DNA from: Oopsacas minuta
Lineage: Eukaryota > Animalia > Porifera
Direction of reading: 5' to 3'
NCBI GenBank assembly: GCA_024704765.1
Contig: JAKMXF010000099.1
Coordinates: 672,419 to 736,418, forward strand
Length of the DNA stretch: 64,000 bases
The notes below the pieces were generated by a model. That model worked only from the letters and a program-made list of their open reading frames with translations, had not been told where the DNA came from and searched no databases. Shown here in pieces: positions 50,543-63,580 of the stretch (the stretch's first letter is position 1; the number at the start of each line of letters is the position of its first letter). The position numbers were made by a program, and so were the translations under genes.

Positions 50543-53460
50543 CACAATGGCACAACAGGTGGAAATTGCGAAATATTTGACCATGATATTTGATATTTAA
50601 TTAATCCTATCTTATTCAGCATACTTGGAAACCCAGAAATACAGCCTATAATGATATTTATAGTCTTACTTTGGAACAATAGTTATTTATAGATGAGTAA
50701 CTTCAAACATGATGAAAACACAAAAATCAAGGTTTCTCAAAGTAGCCAAAGGAATTCGACACATAATCGTGTGTTAGTTTTGTATATGAAAATTGTAGCC
50801 TGTCATATTGAAGTACTTTTTGTGGCTATTATAATGAAATACATGGCTAGGAAATTATAATGTTAGCTTTTCAGATAAACTAGGTAGAAATTCCAAATAA
50901 TTTTGTGATTATGTTTGGTCAATTGAGTTTGAAATGCCACAACTATCTTTGCCTGTTGTCGCCCGTTGTAAATTAGATTTTATTTTTAAGAAAGCTATAT
51001 TTGAAACAAAATAAACTTAGTTCTAGCCTGGCGCAACTTGGCGCTGATTGAGTTTTGCATCTATTTCTACTGATCGTCCCGTAATTTACAGCCCTTATGT
51101 TAGAAATAAATTTTATCTTATGGGTGATAATTAATTAGTTTCAATTTTTCTCCGTCCTAGTGAACACCAAAGAAGCCTTCAATTTATATATGTCCAACTC
51201 GGGGAAAGCGTTTTGTACGATTGCTCTTGAGTTTATTACTAAATATAATTTTGAAGAGTCAAACTGTGACCTTTTCCGCCGACAATTTCGAATATTAAGT
51301 CTGAAAGAAAAATATATTTGAAAGAGAAGGACTTAGCATCTTAGGAGGAATGTTCCTTTGTAGGGATCCTCAAATGGATGACATTCCACAGTCTTCAAAT
51401 GGGGATAGACCCTTCAAGGAATCCACAATTGTATTCGAGGAAGACTTTAGTCGAGTATCTCGGAAGCACATCGGCGAATTAAGTAATAAGGTATGCGATA
51501 TCCATTAGCCAACCTGAAATTACATCTGGAAGCTGTTGTACAACGGGAAGAAGTTTCACCTAAGATGCTTTCTAGCTACTTAATGTTGTTGTATTCACAT
51601 GAAGAGCATGATGTTAGCACTGCTAATATCAGCAAAAATCTAATTGCCCGGAGTCATGGATTAGGAAATTTCAACAGGAACTCTCTTTAGATTCGTCTTG
51701 CTTCTTACTAGACTCATTAGAAATTGGGAAATCAAAATACATCGACCTAAGATGTATATTAATTAATGAGGATATCACCCTCCCTGATTACAATATAGTC
51801 GCAATCAATCGTAGTCAAATTAGCATAACTGATGAGATGGTAATAGTGGAAAGAGAGTATCCGGTTGGAAATTGGTATGCCCTATCACAGATAACACTCA
51901 AACAGTGATATTCACAAATACTCTCGTTGACAGTGATGACCAACCACTTAAGATTCGGATATCCGATGGGTTAGATGGGTCAGGTTCCCACCGCGTTTAT
52001 CAACAAGCAACATCCCATTCCGATTTAACAACCAAGAACTTTCTATTATTTGGGTTTAAGGTGCTTTCTATCCCCAATCACCAAGGAAAACTCCTCTGGA
52101 AGAACTCTATTCCGAATTCCCCATTCTCGATAAGGCCAATAACCATACTTGCTCTTCAAGAAAATCTAGAAAACGTAGGCTTTCTTATGTCGACAATGGT
52201 GAACAAAGAGACTGAGTACATCGAAATAATGGTCTAAATCTGATTAATGGTATCACTGCTTGTGTACAAATTTTGCGTTCACAAATTGATGGAAAATGGC
52301 TCAAATTTTGAGTGGTGCACGAAGAGCTTGTTTTCAGTTTTGCACAACTACATTCAAGCAGAAGCAACATTTAACTTTTGTCCAGGATGGCTTTCCCATC
52401 AACAGGTTTGTCAGTGATGCAAGGATCGTATTTGAAGAAGTTGATGAAGAGCGATTTCTCTCACTAAGTTCTAACGAAAGGTTTAATCTTACGCATGCAC
52501 CTTTATGTGATATAGACATAATCCCAGGCCCACCATTACACGCATACCTTAGGTGTTTCAGTTGGTTTATGTCCCTGGTAAGCCATCTAACTGCTGGAGT
52601 GACTAAATTGTCCCTAACTTCTACTAAAGTCCAATACACCAAGAGTTTTATTTGCGGTTTGTTAAAAGAAAAGTTAATTTGATGATTGATTGTGCTTCTT
52701 AACAAGGTGGAACTTCTACAACAGGAAATGTCGTGAGGCGGTGCTTAGTGAGAAAAGTTGATAGTGAGAGTGACTTCCTATACTGGATTTTGACAGTATT
52801 ACCATCAAATTACAAACAAGTGATCACTGATATCCACACCTACCTTGGAGCCATCCTACGGGTATATAATTCTAATAGAAGAATACACACAGACGAACTC
52901 TCATTGGTATGTCGCGAACTTTATCAGCTGATTTTGGCGCAATTTTTCTTGGGCTAATATAACCCCTACAATGCACAAACTGTTAGCTCATGCAGCAAGC
53001 ATGATTTCTGATTTTACTGATAGTTATGGACTGGAACAGTTATCAGAGGAAGGTCTAGAGTCAAGCAGTAAGTTACTCGGAAGATTTAGAGAGCGTCTAT
53101 TGACGAAGTTTTCTTTTGAAGAAAACTTAAAATGTCTTTTCTCACGGATCATCTGCCAAAGTGTTCCGATTCTTCTACTAAACAGAAAAATGCGGAAAAG
53201 TGCCTCAAGTAACAGGGATACTCTTAGTAAACAAGATCTTATTGTTAATTCCGTCATAATAGAGGATGATTAAGTGTATTTCCAAAACTATATCGACATT
53301 CCAATGACGTCATAACTAGTGATTCCGAAGCCGTATATAAATTCGGATAGTGTAAATCTGTTGTATAGGGTAGATAATCTATACGTCAATAATACATCGT
53401 AACTACATATCTGTTACGTAATTTGCTATTTTCATCAAGCTGTCATTTCGTGCCACTGTG
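50543..53460 (+). mobile_element. Transib (RAG1-core-like) transposon, complete ends, decayed ORF
   Basis: Termini CACAATGGCAC / GTGCCACTGTG; perfect 5-bp TSD TATTC. Motifs SDGLDGSGSH, IDGK, PLHAYLR, GGTSTTGN, HKLLAHA, SEEGLESSSK. Confidence 0.92.
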
Positions 53461-54129
53461 TATTCATAGCTATCTACGGATAAATCTCAGACTCAAGCCT
53501 TATCAACCTCAGGTTCTTCCACTATTGACCGAAAATCACAGAATCGCTCGGTTGAAGTTCTGCCAGAAGAGGAGAAATTTGTCAATTAATGATTGGCAGC
53601 AAGTGTTTTTATCAGATGAATCATCCTTCGAATTATTTCATCCCCCTAACCGCCAGAATGTTCGAACTCGGTCAGATTGTAGAGATAAAGTCTCGCATTT
53701 TGTGAGTGTAAATTTCCAGGAAAATTACAAGTGTGGGGGTGATGTCCCATCGAGTTTTATCAGAACTCCATATCCTACCCTCGGTCAAACTGTTGCAACT
53801 GAATATTGCATAGGGGAGATTCAAAAGAAGAGAATTACAGGTAACCCATTAGAGAAAAAAATGTTGCCCAACATGCCAATTGCGATTTTCCAGCAAGATG
53901 GAGCACCAGCACACACCTCAAAATAATGTCAAGAATGGCTCGAAGATAATGTATGCAAATTCTGGGAGAAGTACATCTGTCCTGCCAATTCGCCTGATTC
54001 AAGCTCAATCGAAATCTCTGGACACTTCTAATAACAAGGCTATGAACAATGGAACGCCTAACAAATCTAAAAATGCTGCAGAAACAGATAATTCAAGATT
54101 GGAGAGAGATAACTCCTGAAGCTTTAGAC

Positions 54130-56485
54130 CAGTGGTTCCCAACGGGGGCTTAAACGCCCCCCGGGAGGCGTTTGCTTTGCCTCAGGGGGCGCTATGGAGG
54201 AAGGGGACGCTGTGGGGGGCGCTGACAAGATAATGAGCCGTTGGATGAAGATTTATTCCAATATCTGTAAATTTTGCGAAATACTATTGTATCATTAATA
54301 TGTTGTGCACTTTACCCATGATGACAATTTTAACACGTTGTCCACAAGAAGAGCTAAGTATTCACCATTTACAATCAATCAATGCTTTCAATGGTATTGT
54401 TTCTTTGTTTTGAATTAACAGTTCAGACGGCTTCTTAACAAAGAAGTTATAAAAAGTGATCATACCATGTTATATCATTAATTACCTCAATAGTAGACAC
54501 AATTTTTCTTGCATATCCAATCATGGCTGAAAACCGCAGAAGAAATGCCATCAATACTCCATAGATTATCTGAAATTTGGTTTCATCACTTCACCTACTG
54601 ATCAACAATTACCCTTTCTTTACTCTGCAATCAAGTGTTCTCTAATTAGGGCATGAAACCTTCACGTATGTGCGGCCATTTGACGGAGAAACACCCTGAT
54701 AAGAAAGGCAAGGATCTCAAATATTTCCAGACTTTGAGCAAGCAGTTTGCAAATCTAGTTCTATAGATTGAATGATTAAGAAAATTACTACTAAAAATGA
54801 CGATGGTCTCGTTGCTTCTTACAATATATCTCTTTTAATCGCCAAATGTGGAAAGCCTCATACAATAGGTGAAAAGCTCATCCTTCTAGCTATAAGAGAG
54901 GTTATATCTACTGTCATGCATCAAGATACGTCTAGTGTAGTTAGATCAATTCCCTTAAGTAATAACTCAGTTTCGAGGAGGATCGAAGAATTGGCTATAG
55001 ATGTTGAACAACAGTTGTGTAAAGTTTTACAAACAACGGAATTCGCTTTGCAGCTTGATGAGTCAACCTGCGTGACAATGAAGACTTACTTATGGCATAT
55101 GTACGATATATCCACAATGGTGTATCAAAAGAAGAAATGCTCTTCTCCAAGCCACTAGAAACAGATACTAAAGGTGAGACAATATTTATGGTGGTAAAGC
55201 AATTTTGTGAAGAGAAGAACATACCAATGGGAAATATTATTGCGTGTGCTACTGATGGAGCACCTTCAATGATTGGACGTCATCGTGGTTTCATAGCTCA
55301 TCTGAAACGAGCTGTGCCGAAGGTTTTCTCTATTCATTGTGTCATACATCGTCAAGATTTGATCGCCAAGCACCTAGCACCTAATCTTCACCAGTCTTTG
55401 CAAATCGTGATTACTGCTACGAACAAAATCAAAAAGAACTCACTGAATGATCGCATCTTTCAGCAACTTTGTGAAAACAATGATGAAGATTACAAACGCC
55501 TCCTTCTCCATACTGAAGTTAGGTGGCTTTCTAAAGGTAATTGTTTGAAACGATTCCATCAACTGTTTGATTCTATAGTCCAGTTCCTAGTAGAAGAATA
55601 CGATTCAACTCTGGCAGAAATGGTTAAAATGATAAGGACTGATGTGGCTTACTTAGCTGACATATTTGAGAAACTGAATATAGTGAATAAGCAGCTACAA
55701 GGAAATAATACTATTCTTATTCAAGAGAAGGGCGTTGTTCTATTATTCTTAAGTAAACTAACCTTGTTCCGACAGAATACTGCGCGTCGTGAATTTGGGC
55801 AGTTACCTTGTTTAAGTGAACTGGATATGGCAAATAATAACATCATTAGAGATGACAACATTCATATTTACTGTTCACATGTTGATTCCCTTAGCGAAGA
55901 TTTGTTGATTCGATTCAAAGATTTAACCGAGTTAGTTATCCCTAATTTTGTGATAAATCCATTTAGAACAAATATAGAAACTTTGGATCCACAATTTCAA
56001 GAAGAATTCATCGATTTTCAGAAGGATATCGAATGCAATGCCATATTCACCCAATGTGGATATAGTGCATTCAGGATGAGGAAGGAAGTTTCTGAACGCT
56101 ATTCCCATAATTTTCAAACTGAAAAATTGATGTTTGTTGCACTTTCATCATCATATCTTGTCGAAAAGGGATTCAGCACAGTAGTTAATCTGCTCACAAA
56201 GCAAAGAAATCGACTGGTAATAGCAACAAGAGGCGACTTGAGACTCTTTCTGACGCAGTTAGAACCGGATGAAGCCAAACTAGCAAAGAGCCACCAAAGT
56301 CAAGGATCATATGTTCCAACGTATACTGATACTTAGATTAGTCCTTAGGTGCTCTATCAGTCTATCATTAATATTTCTATATAGTCAGTAATTAAAAACT
56401 GATTCAATAAAGTATTAAATAGGGAACGTTCTGTAAATATTAAGTCTATAAGGGGAGTAAAATTGATAAATGTTGGGAAACACTG
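54130..56485 (+). mobile_element. hAT Buster/Charlie (ZBED8/SCAND3-like) transposon
   Basis: TIR CAGTGGTTCCCAAC/GTTGGGAAACACTG; perfect 8-bp TSD CTTTAGAC. 414-aa ORF with TDGAPSM, HCVIHR, EVRWLSKG and YLVEKGFS; upstream part frameshifted. Confidence 0.95.
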
Positions 56486-56867
56486 CTTTAGACAAACTCA
56501 TTGCTCGCATGCTAATCGTATCAGTAAATGTATTCAGTTAAAGGTAGGTTACATTGGAAAGTGAATAGAGCGTTTGTTTAAGTCTCTTGCATAGAAATTC
56601 TCGATTATATGATAGGAAAACAATTTCTTAACACACTATACATCAACATATAGTTTTGTGTATTCTAGGCAGTTCTGCTATCATTTGCTTTTAACAGGTG
56701 TAGATTTGGAAAGTTTATCTAGTTTGCGTGTATGTGCTATGGAGCATTTTGACATTAGGAAAATGTTAACATCTACCGCGGAACCAGTTGACAGCGTAAA
56801 TTCCTACGAATTTCTTAAATAATAATTTATGGCTTTTGAATATGTTAGGTATTGTAGTACTTGTATA

Positions 56868-58178
56868 CAGGGTGGCCAATAAGTTCTGGCACATAGAAAA
56901 ACTACTATAATTTAACCAATACTCATTATATTGAGTTGATATTTTAGCATAAGTAGTTTGGCATTATGAGTTTTATTGTGCACAATCTCTATTCTATGTA
57001 TCCGCCTTTCTTTTTGATAACAGCCTTCAGACGCCCGGGGACTGCCCACACTGCGGTACGCAGCATCTCCTGTGGGATTTTTTCCCAATCTCTCGTCAGA
57101 GATTGCTTTAGAGACTCAATACTGTTATGGGACTTCGAGCAAGCACTTGACTCTAAAATGGACCGCACCGAGGAATCTAGAGGGTTAAGGTCTGGGCTAG
57201 ACGGCGGCCATTCTACCTTTGAGATAAAGTCAGGAATATTTGTCCGGAGCCATTCCTGAGTACTGTTTGCTGTATGGGCAGGAGCACCGTCTAGTTGGAA
57301 TATGAACGGCTGGTTTTCAAACATCATCTCACCAAGATCTTTCACAATGGGCTGTAAAATGAGCTCTTATACGTTGCAGCATTTATTTTGACCCCTGCAG
57401 GGACGAAAACCAGTAGTGTCCGGCCAACAGAAGATACTCCGGGCCAAACCATCAACGAGAGTGGTTTCTTGACTCTTTTGACGTACCTGTACTCATCAGG
57501 GATAGTAGAAGTGCTTTTAGATAATATTCCATCGTTTTGGCGATTGAATGCTTGTTCAACGGTGAAAAGTTTTTCATCGGAGAAAAGGACTTGATCCAGC
57601 CCCTGGGCTGCGAATCGTGTATGGAGGACTTTGCTTCTTGAGAGTCTCTTTGTCTTTATTTTGTCTGAAAGGAAATGGACTTTCCTTTTCTTAAACGAAG
57701 ATAGCCCTAAGTCTCTCTTGACAATCGTTTGTAGAGATCCACGGGATATTTTCAGTTCTTTAGCCATTTTTCTGATCGATCGCTGAGGATTTCGCCACAC
57801 TCGACTCCGCACTACCTTTCGCATCTTTACGGTCGTGATGGAGACCGAGCGACCAGTTCTGGCTCTGTCCATCACGCCACCAGTCTCATTGAAGCGTTTT
57901 ATCGTACGGATTACGAAATTCCGACGTGTCTGTGGAATTTTTAAAAGTTTCATTATTTCCTTTTGCTTTTTCCCTTTTTGAAATAATTCAACAATCGCCG
58001 ACCGTTCTTTCTCCATAGCTGATAATTTGTTCCTGGTTTTCAAATAGTGTATTTTTCAATGAATATTGTATTGCGAGAGATTACAGAATAAATACAAACC
58101 AGTAACGTCAATCAATCTAAATCATGAAAGATTTTGGTACGATATAAAGTTATGTGCCAGAACTTATTTGCCACCCTG
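56868..58178 (-). mobile_element. maT (DD37D) Tc1/mariner transposon, full length, one frameshift
   Basis: 28-bp TIR CAGGGTGGC(C/A)AATAAGTTCTGGCACATA, TA TSD. Motifs FSDEK and QLDGAPAH-37-SPDLNPLD. The two ORFs are offset by 1 nt near 57367. Confidence 0.93.
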
Positions 58179-60732
58179 TATAGCTTTCTTTAGTAAATCA
58201 GAATATTGTAAACTAAATTTATGTGGGAGGAGAAAATATATGGCTTTCAGAAAAGTTAAAGATGGAACAAATGGGACGGTCATATACATAATAAGTACAC
58301 ATGTATTCAATGAGACAAACTAAGGAGGTCACTAGGTAAAGGTATCAACCCATTGGATACTTCATTGAAAAATATCATTTTGGATCTACCACCACCACCT
58401 CTTGATATCCCTATGATACGTGGCTCTGTGAGCCTCTAATGTGTCATTAGCAACAACTTAGTATTGTTTAGGTGTTTAGTATGGATTTTGTCTCATTGAA
58501 TTTTAATCTTTGAATCTCTATAATCTTTATATGTAATATAATCAAAGTGATTTGTGAATACTAGTAAGCAGTTAAATTATGACAGTTGTTCTAAATTATT
58601 TTGAAGAAAATCCACTGATCAGATTTAAAGAATTTGTAACATTAGATAGAGTAGAGTTGAATGTTTATGAAATAATTTTGTATAAAACAACTTTGAATAT
58701 TATATTTTGTTTAATTACCTATATTTATTGCTTCATTAAATAAATTAGCTTAAAGTTAGAATTCAATTCATTGAATTCATGTCTATATACTGATCAGGTG
58801 TGCAAATGGGTCAATATGTCAGATGGGTCAGTGGGTCATGGGTTATGCATTATGGGTCATGAATCATCAATTTTTTTGATTCATAATTTCATAGACAATG
58901 TATACGGACGAGGTATTACTTTAGAGTGCCTTGTTAATAATAGAGTTTATAATGGTTAATATACTAAAAATTGGAATACTATAAAGTGCGAGTAATAATT
59001 ACTTATGTCTTTAGGTATACTAATAGCAACTGCATCCCCCGGTTAGTTAAACTCTTTCCTTTACACTCCTGAACCTTAGATCTTTTTAATTATGCTAAAT
59101 ATATTATTCATATGTTAAGTTTCTCGCCAGCAAAATCTGTCTACAACGAGTTATTGTATTGAAAGCGAATCCATTTATAGACATAGCCACTGAGTAACTA
59201 TAATATTCACTACTTAAATGCGAAATTCTTTTATCTTGGGAAGTTTTATGATTGCCTATGTACATTGCCTCATGAATATTTTTATGTGTGTATCTTTCCA
59301 CTTTATTTTTGTTTCAACTTGAGCATACATATTATCATAATCTAACTATGGATTCTTGTTCTCATAATTATAATGTACTTGCACATGCCCGGTGTACAGC
59401 TCACTCAAAATCCGCCCATTATCAATACTCGGTAGTATATGCCTGAGCCTTGAGTGATATAATATGATATTTATGAAAAGATGCGAGTGAAGCGAGCAAC
59501 AACTTACTGTTAGCAATTTGTGCCATTATTTCAAACTATTACCAATATAGTTCACTACCCTTACATCCCAGATCATGTTGTTTCTCCTGTTGGGGGTTAA
59601 ATCCTCATTTCTCCTCCTTTATAGCCCCTTTGGATTAAGTCCCACGAACCTTTCGTATGACAATAGAAGGTGATTGTTATTCAGCATCTGTTAAAGCACA
59701 TATTTTTGTTGGACAAGTGATTTACTTTTACAGTTGTTACATGAATTGGATGACCTGGTTAGATATGCGTTTAGGATGAATCTTGCATATTAATTGTTTA
59801 ATGGCTCCAGTTATTGATCTTTAGAGAAAAAAACTTATTCTTATTCCCTGTTACGTGCACCCCGATCTTAGTCCCACACACCCCAAGGTTGGGAACCGCA
59901 TAAATTCATGGTTTTAATTAGAAAATATTACTAGAGCTTCATGTGAGTGTATATGTATTTTTTGAATCCTCATGTGAAATTGCAACTTGTAAGCATTACA
60001 GATCGTAACTTACTTGAAAAGATACAAATTGTTCAAACCGATGATATGTATTGTAACAGATAAGTCAAGATTCCAGATCTGCAGTCAGAAATCATTTAAT
60101 GTCAGTATTTTTTAGGCTGTCCAATATCTCATTGTTCATCTTCTAATTGAGTAAACTAACACCTGAATTCCATGCCCTTATTCATTCTTAATAATTACGT
60201 TTTCCAGCGGCGCCATTACTTTGAAAAATATATATGTGACTGAGTCTAGACGGTAGCTGACAATAGAGCACTTCCAGCTAAATTCATAACAGAGCAACAG
60301 GAGTAAATATATGTATATATGTCACTTGGCTACATGGTATTACCCACAAATCTTGATATTCTAACTACAACTACCATTTTCGCTCATTAGCCTCAGATTC
60401 TCTCCAAAAAATTGCATTTAGTCAGGGGCTGGATTTAATAGGAAAGGAAAATCTCTTTCTATCCCCATCGGCGCTTAAGCTTTAATGCTGCCTGAATTAG
60501 AGCGAACATAGTACGTGCAGAGTCTATGGTGTTCAGTGGCGTATCCTGAAATTACGGGTGCAGGGGGATAATTCTCCAGTGGGGTCCAGGGGCGAAGTCC
60601 CTGGACGACAAGCATTTCTTGCACAACATTCGTTTTTCCATTCTACTGTCAAAAATTTCGAATCTCAAAAAATTTCTTTTAACTTCATAATGGACATTTG
60701 GCATGGAAAGCTTTCCATTGGCTATGTAAGTA

Positions 60733-61645
60733 CAGTCAGGGGACAAAGGTATTCGAATACACAAATATATTATCATAAATTGTATACTTCTTCCCGCTCC
60801 TATATATTGTGTAGTAAATATTCGTAACTGCTATCTGGTAATTTGCATAGAATAACATATGTTTCTCACGAATTTCAAAAAAATATTTTCGATTTGCACT
60901 TTTTGAAGGTGCTAATTATTAATAATTATTAGATAATTATTGATATTCAAACATGTGGTAATTCAAAGCCTATTAAGAATCTATAATTTCTGATTTGATA
61001 TTTGAATTCTACGTAGGCGAGTTACCCCAGATCGAAATTTCCAATCGAATTGAACAATTTTTACCAGAGTTATAGATGAATTTCATTTTGTTCCTCTTGT
61101 GCCACTTTTTCAAAAAGTGGCACAGGTGGCAGGAAAAAGCGCCACTATAAGGAATCAACTAAGGTTGAGAGGAATAAGTCGAAGTAATATTTTCGAATGA
61201 TATAACTATGATAACCCTCGAATTCCAAAATAACCTCTTGGTAGCGGCCACTTGTGCCACTTTGGGCAGAAAGTGACACAAATGGCACAAATTGAAATTC
61301 ATCTATAACTCTGGTAAAAATTGTTCAATCCGATTGGAAATTTCAATCTGGGGTAATTTGCCTACGTAGAATTCAAATATCAAGTCAGAAATTATAGATT
61401 CTTAATAGGCTTTGAATTACCACATATTTTGAATATCAATAATTATTTAATAATTATTGATAATTAACACCTTCAAAAAGTGTAAATCGAAGATATTATT
61501 TTGAAATTCTTGAAAACATATGTTATTCTATGCAAATTGCTAGATAGCAGTTACGAATATAGACTACACAATTTATAGGAGCGGGAAAGAGTATACACTT
61601 TATGACAATATTTTTGTGTGTTCGAATACTTTTGTCCGCTGACTG
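60733..61645. mobile_element. Foldback-like Tc1-type MITE (913 bp, inverted arms of about 380 bp)
   Basis: TA-CAGTCAGGGGACAAAGGTATTCGAA ... TTCGAATACTTTTGTCCGCTGACTG-TA; the arms are reverse-complementary almost to the centre. Confidence 0.9.
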
Positions 61646-61942
61646 TATATTATCTTATAGTGCATATGACTATGTTGTATAACTTGTATTACTTGTATAT
61701 ACTTGCACGTGCATAAGGTAATTTACAGATATATTCGCCACATTTAAATAATATTTCAACTTGGACAAAACTTTCAAAGCATTTCTATCGCTACTTTAGT
61801 AGGCATTTATTGTAATTGTCATTCGGGTATCCACGGTACTTTTGAAAGTTTTGAGATCGTTTACGAAGTATTTGGATCAATCGCCTAATCATTTACCATC
61901 TACTGTTTGTTATAAATGTAATTCAAACCCTATATTGTCTAG

Positions 61943-62184
61943 AATTACATTTCATCTATGGGAATTATCCATCGCGATCTTGCATGCCGGAATATCTTGG
62001 TGGCTGCAAATAAGCAATTGAAAATTTCTGATTTTGGACTCGCAAGAGAAGTTGAGAGGGGATTTACTACTTCTGATCAAGATAAGGATTATTATCGCAT
62101 TCATTTTCACAAGGATAAATTACCTGTAAGATGGATGGCTATAGAATCAATTACAGAGTGTATATTTACTACTAAAAGTGACGT
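61943..62184 (+). CDS. Receptor tyrosine kinase exon (catalytic loop, DFG, activation loop)
   Basis: TCTAG|AAT acceptor (phase 0) and GT|GTGAGT donor (phase 2). Encodes NYISSMGIIHRDLACRNILVAANKQLKISDFGLARE...DYY...LPVRWMAIES...TKSDV. Confidence 0.93.
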
Positions 62185-63580
62185 GTGAGTAATATATTTT
62201 CATTATAGATAAATTCAACATCGTTTTAACAATTTTTCTTTTTCAACCGTTTCCATTTATCATATACTAACACAAGTCATTATCACTGATTGACTGCTAC
62301 TTCAATTATTGTACTCGCAGCAGTAATGACAATGTCCTCATTGACTTTTGGCTTCGTTGTGTCAACGCCACTCTGATTAATCGCTATGCATGATCAGAAA
62401 TTGGACATTATTTGTGCAGCCATTTTCCAAACAATTTTGTCACTTTGCGTTACACATGATGGTAACCACAAACTTCCAGGGAATCAAGATGTTATTCAAT
62501 TTTTATCCCATGCTCCATCGGAATTTTAGGCTGTCTCGCTTGGGGCTATGTTCACAATTGGAATAATCTTATATCATTACAACCCCAAGTCGACATGTGG
62601 TTCATGTATGGTCATGCGTGGTCAATTCGTCCTAGTTAGCCATTTTTGGTCATGGTGATTAAGATTGTCTAAAATTGCCATTGAAGAAAAACCTGATCAA
62701 AAATGAAGTAGATATCTCTGTAGTCAAATTGTTTTCAGGTTTGGCCATATGACCACCAGAAAAGTTCAGAACTATTCTCTTGATCTTTTGATCCAGTTTC
62801 AACTTTTGTCTAAATTGTATCTGATCCTGTGCATTAGATGAGCTGTACACAGATGTAAACAGTAGTAACATTTAAATTTTTACTATCAGATACAAACCTC
62901 CAACAGTTTTGATATCATACCTTTTCAACCGATATTAGTCAATATTCAAAACCCACATATTGTTTATATCATGAAATTTAGAGGAAATATTGTCGTCCAA
63001 TTACTGACTACGACATTCTATGGTTCGAATTAGTAATACACAAATTACCCCAATCTGTGATTTCGAAATACAATTCTCCAGGTTCACAAAGTTCAAACTC
63101 AAATTCAACTCTAGAGGTGACCTCTAACAATGTATCCACAACTTATTCACTTTCTACATTACACTTAGGATTGTGAACCTGGAGAAGGGGAAATTTTCCT
63201 TAACTAAATATTCACCACGAACAAGGAATTCAGAATAGATATTTCGTAAGCCGGTATTACCATTAGTATCGAATTCCTTTCATTGAAGGTTACAATATAC
63301 AACGAATGAAAAAGCTCAAATTTCTCCACTCAAACAAACATATTTTTTCCCAAATATTTGATAAACTAAACTATGACCAGGTTGTGTTACAACTAAACAC
63401 GAAACTAACAGTGGACTAAACTCAACAAAAGCTATTCCTCCACATACTTTTAATGACATTAATCAAATGAAAAACTCATATATAAAAACATGCATCCATG
63501 GATTGAATAATTCGGATCTATTTCTAGCATTTGATAACCAATAGAACTTTCCGCAATCTACCAACACCTGAGCAGATGTA

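Larger units (their letters stand above)
50061..56638 (+). mobile_element. Tc1-like (DD37E) element split into three pieces by Transib and hAT insertions
   Basis: TA-CAGGGTTTAAGAAATTGTTTCC left TIR; degenerate right TIR GGAAAACAATTTCTTAACACAC-TA. Removing the two inserts rejoins VTI|HSYLRINL and EAL|DKLIARM. Motifs SDES and QQDGAPAH-37-E. Confidence 0.85.

Noticed and set aside
50543-53460. RAG2-like partner gene or canonical RSS nonamers
   Set aside because: No kelch/PHD-like ORF inside or beside either Transib, and no ACAAAAACC at 12 or 23 spacing.
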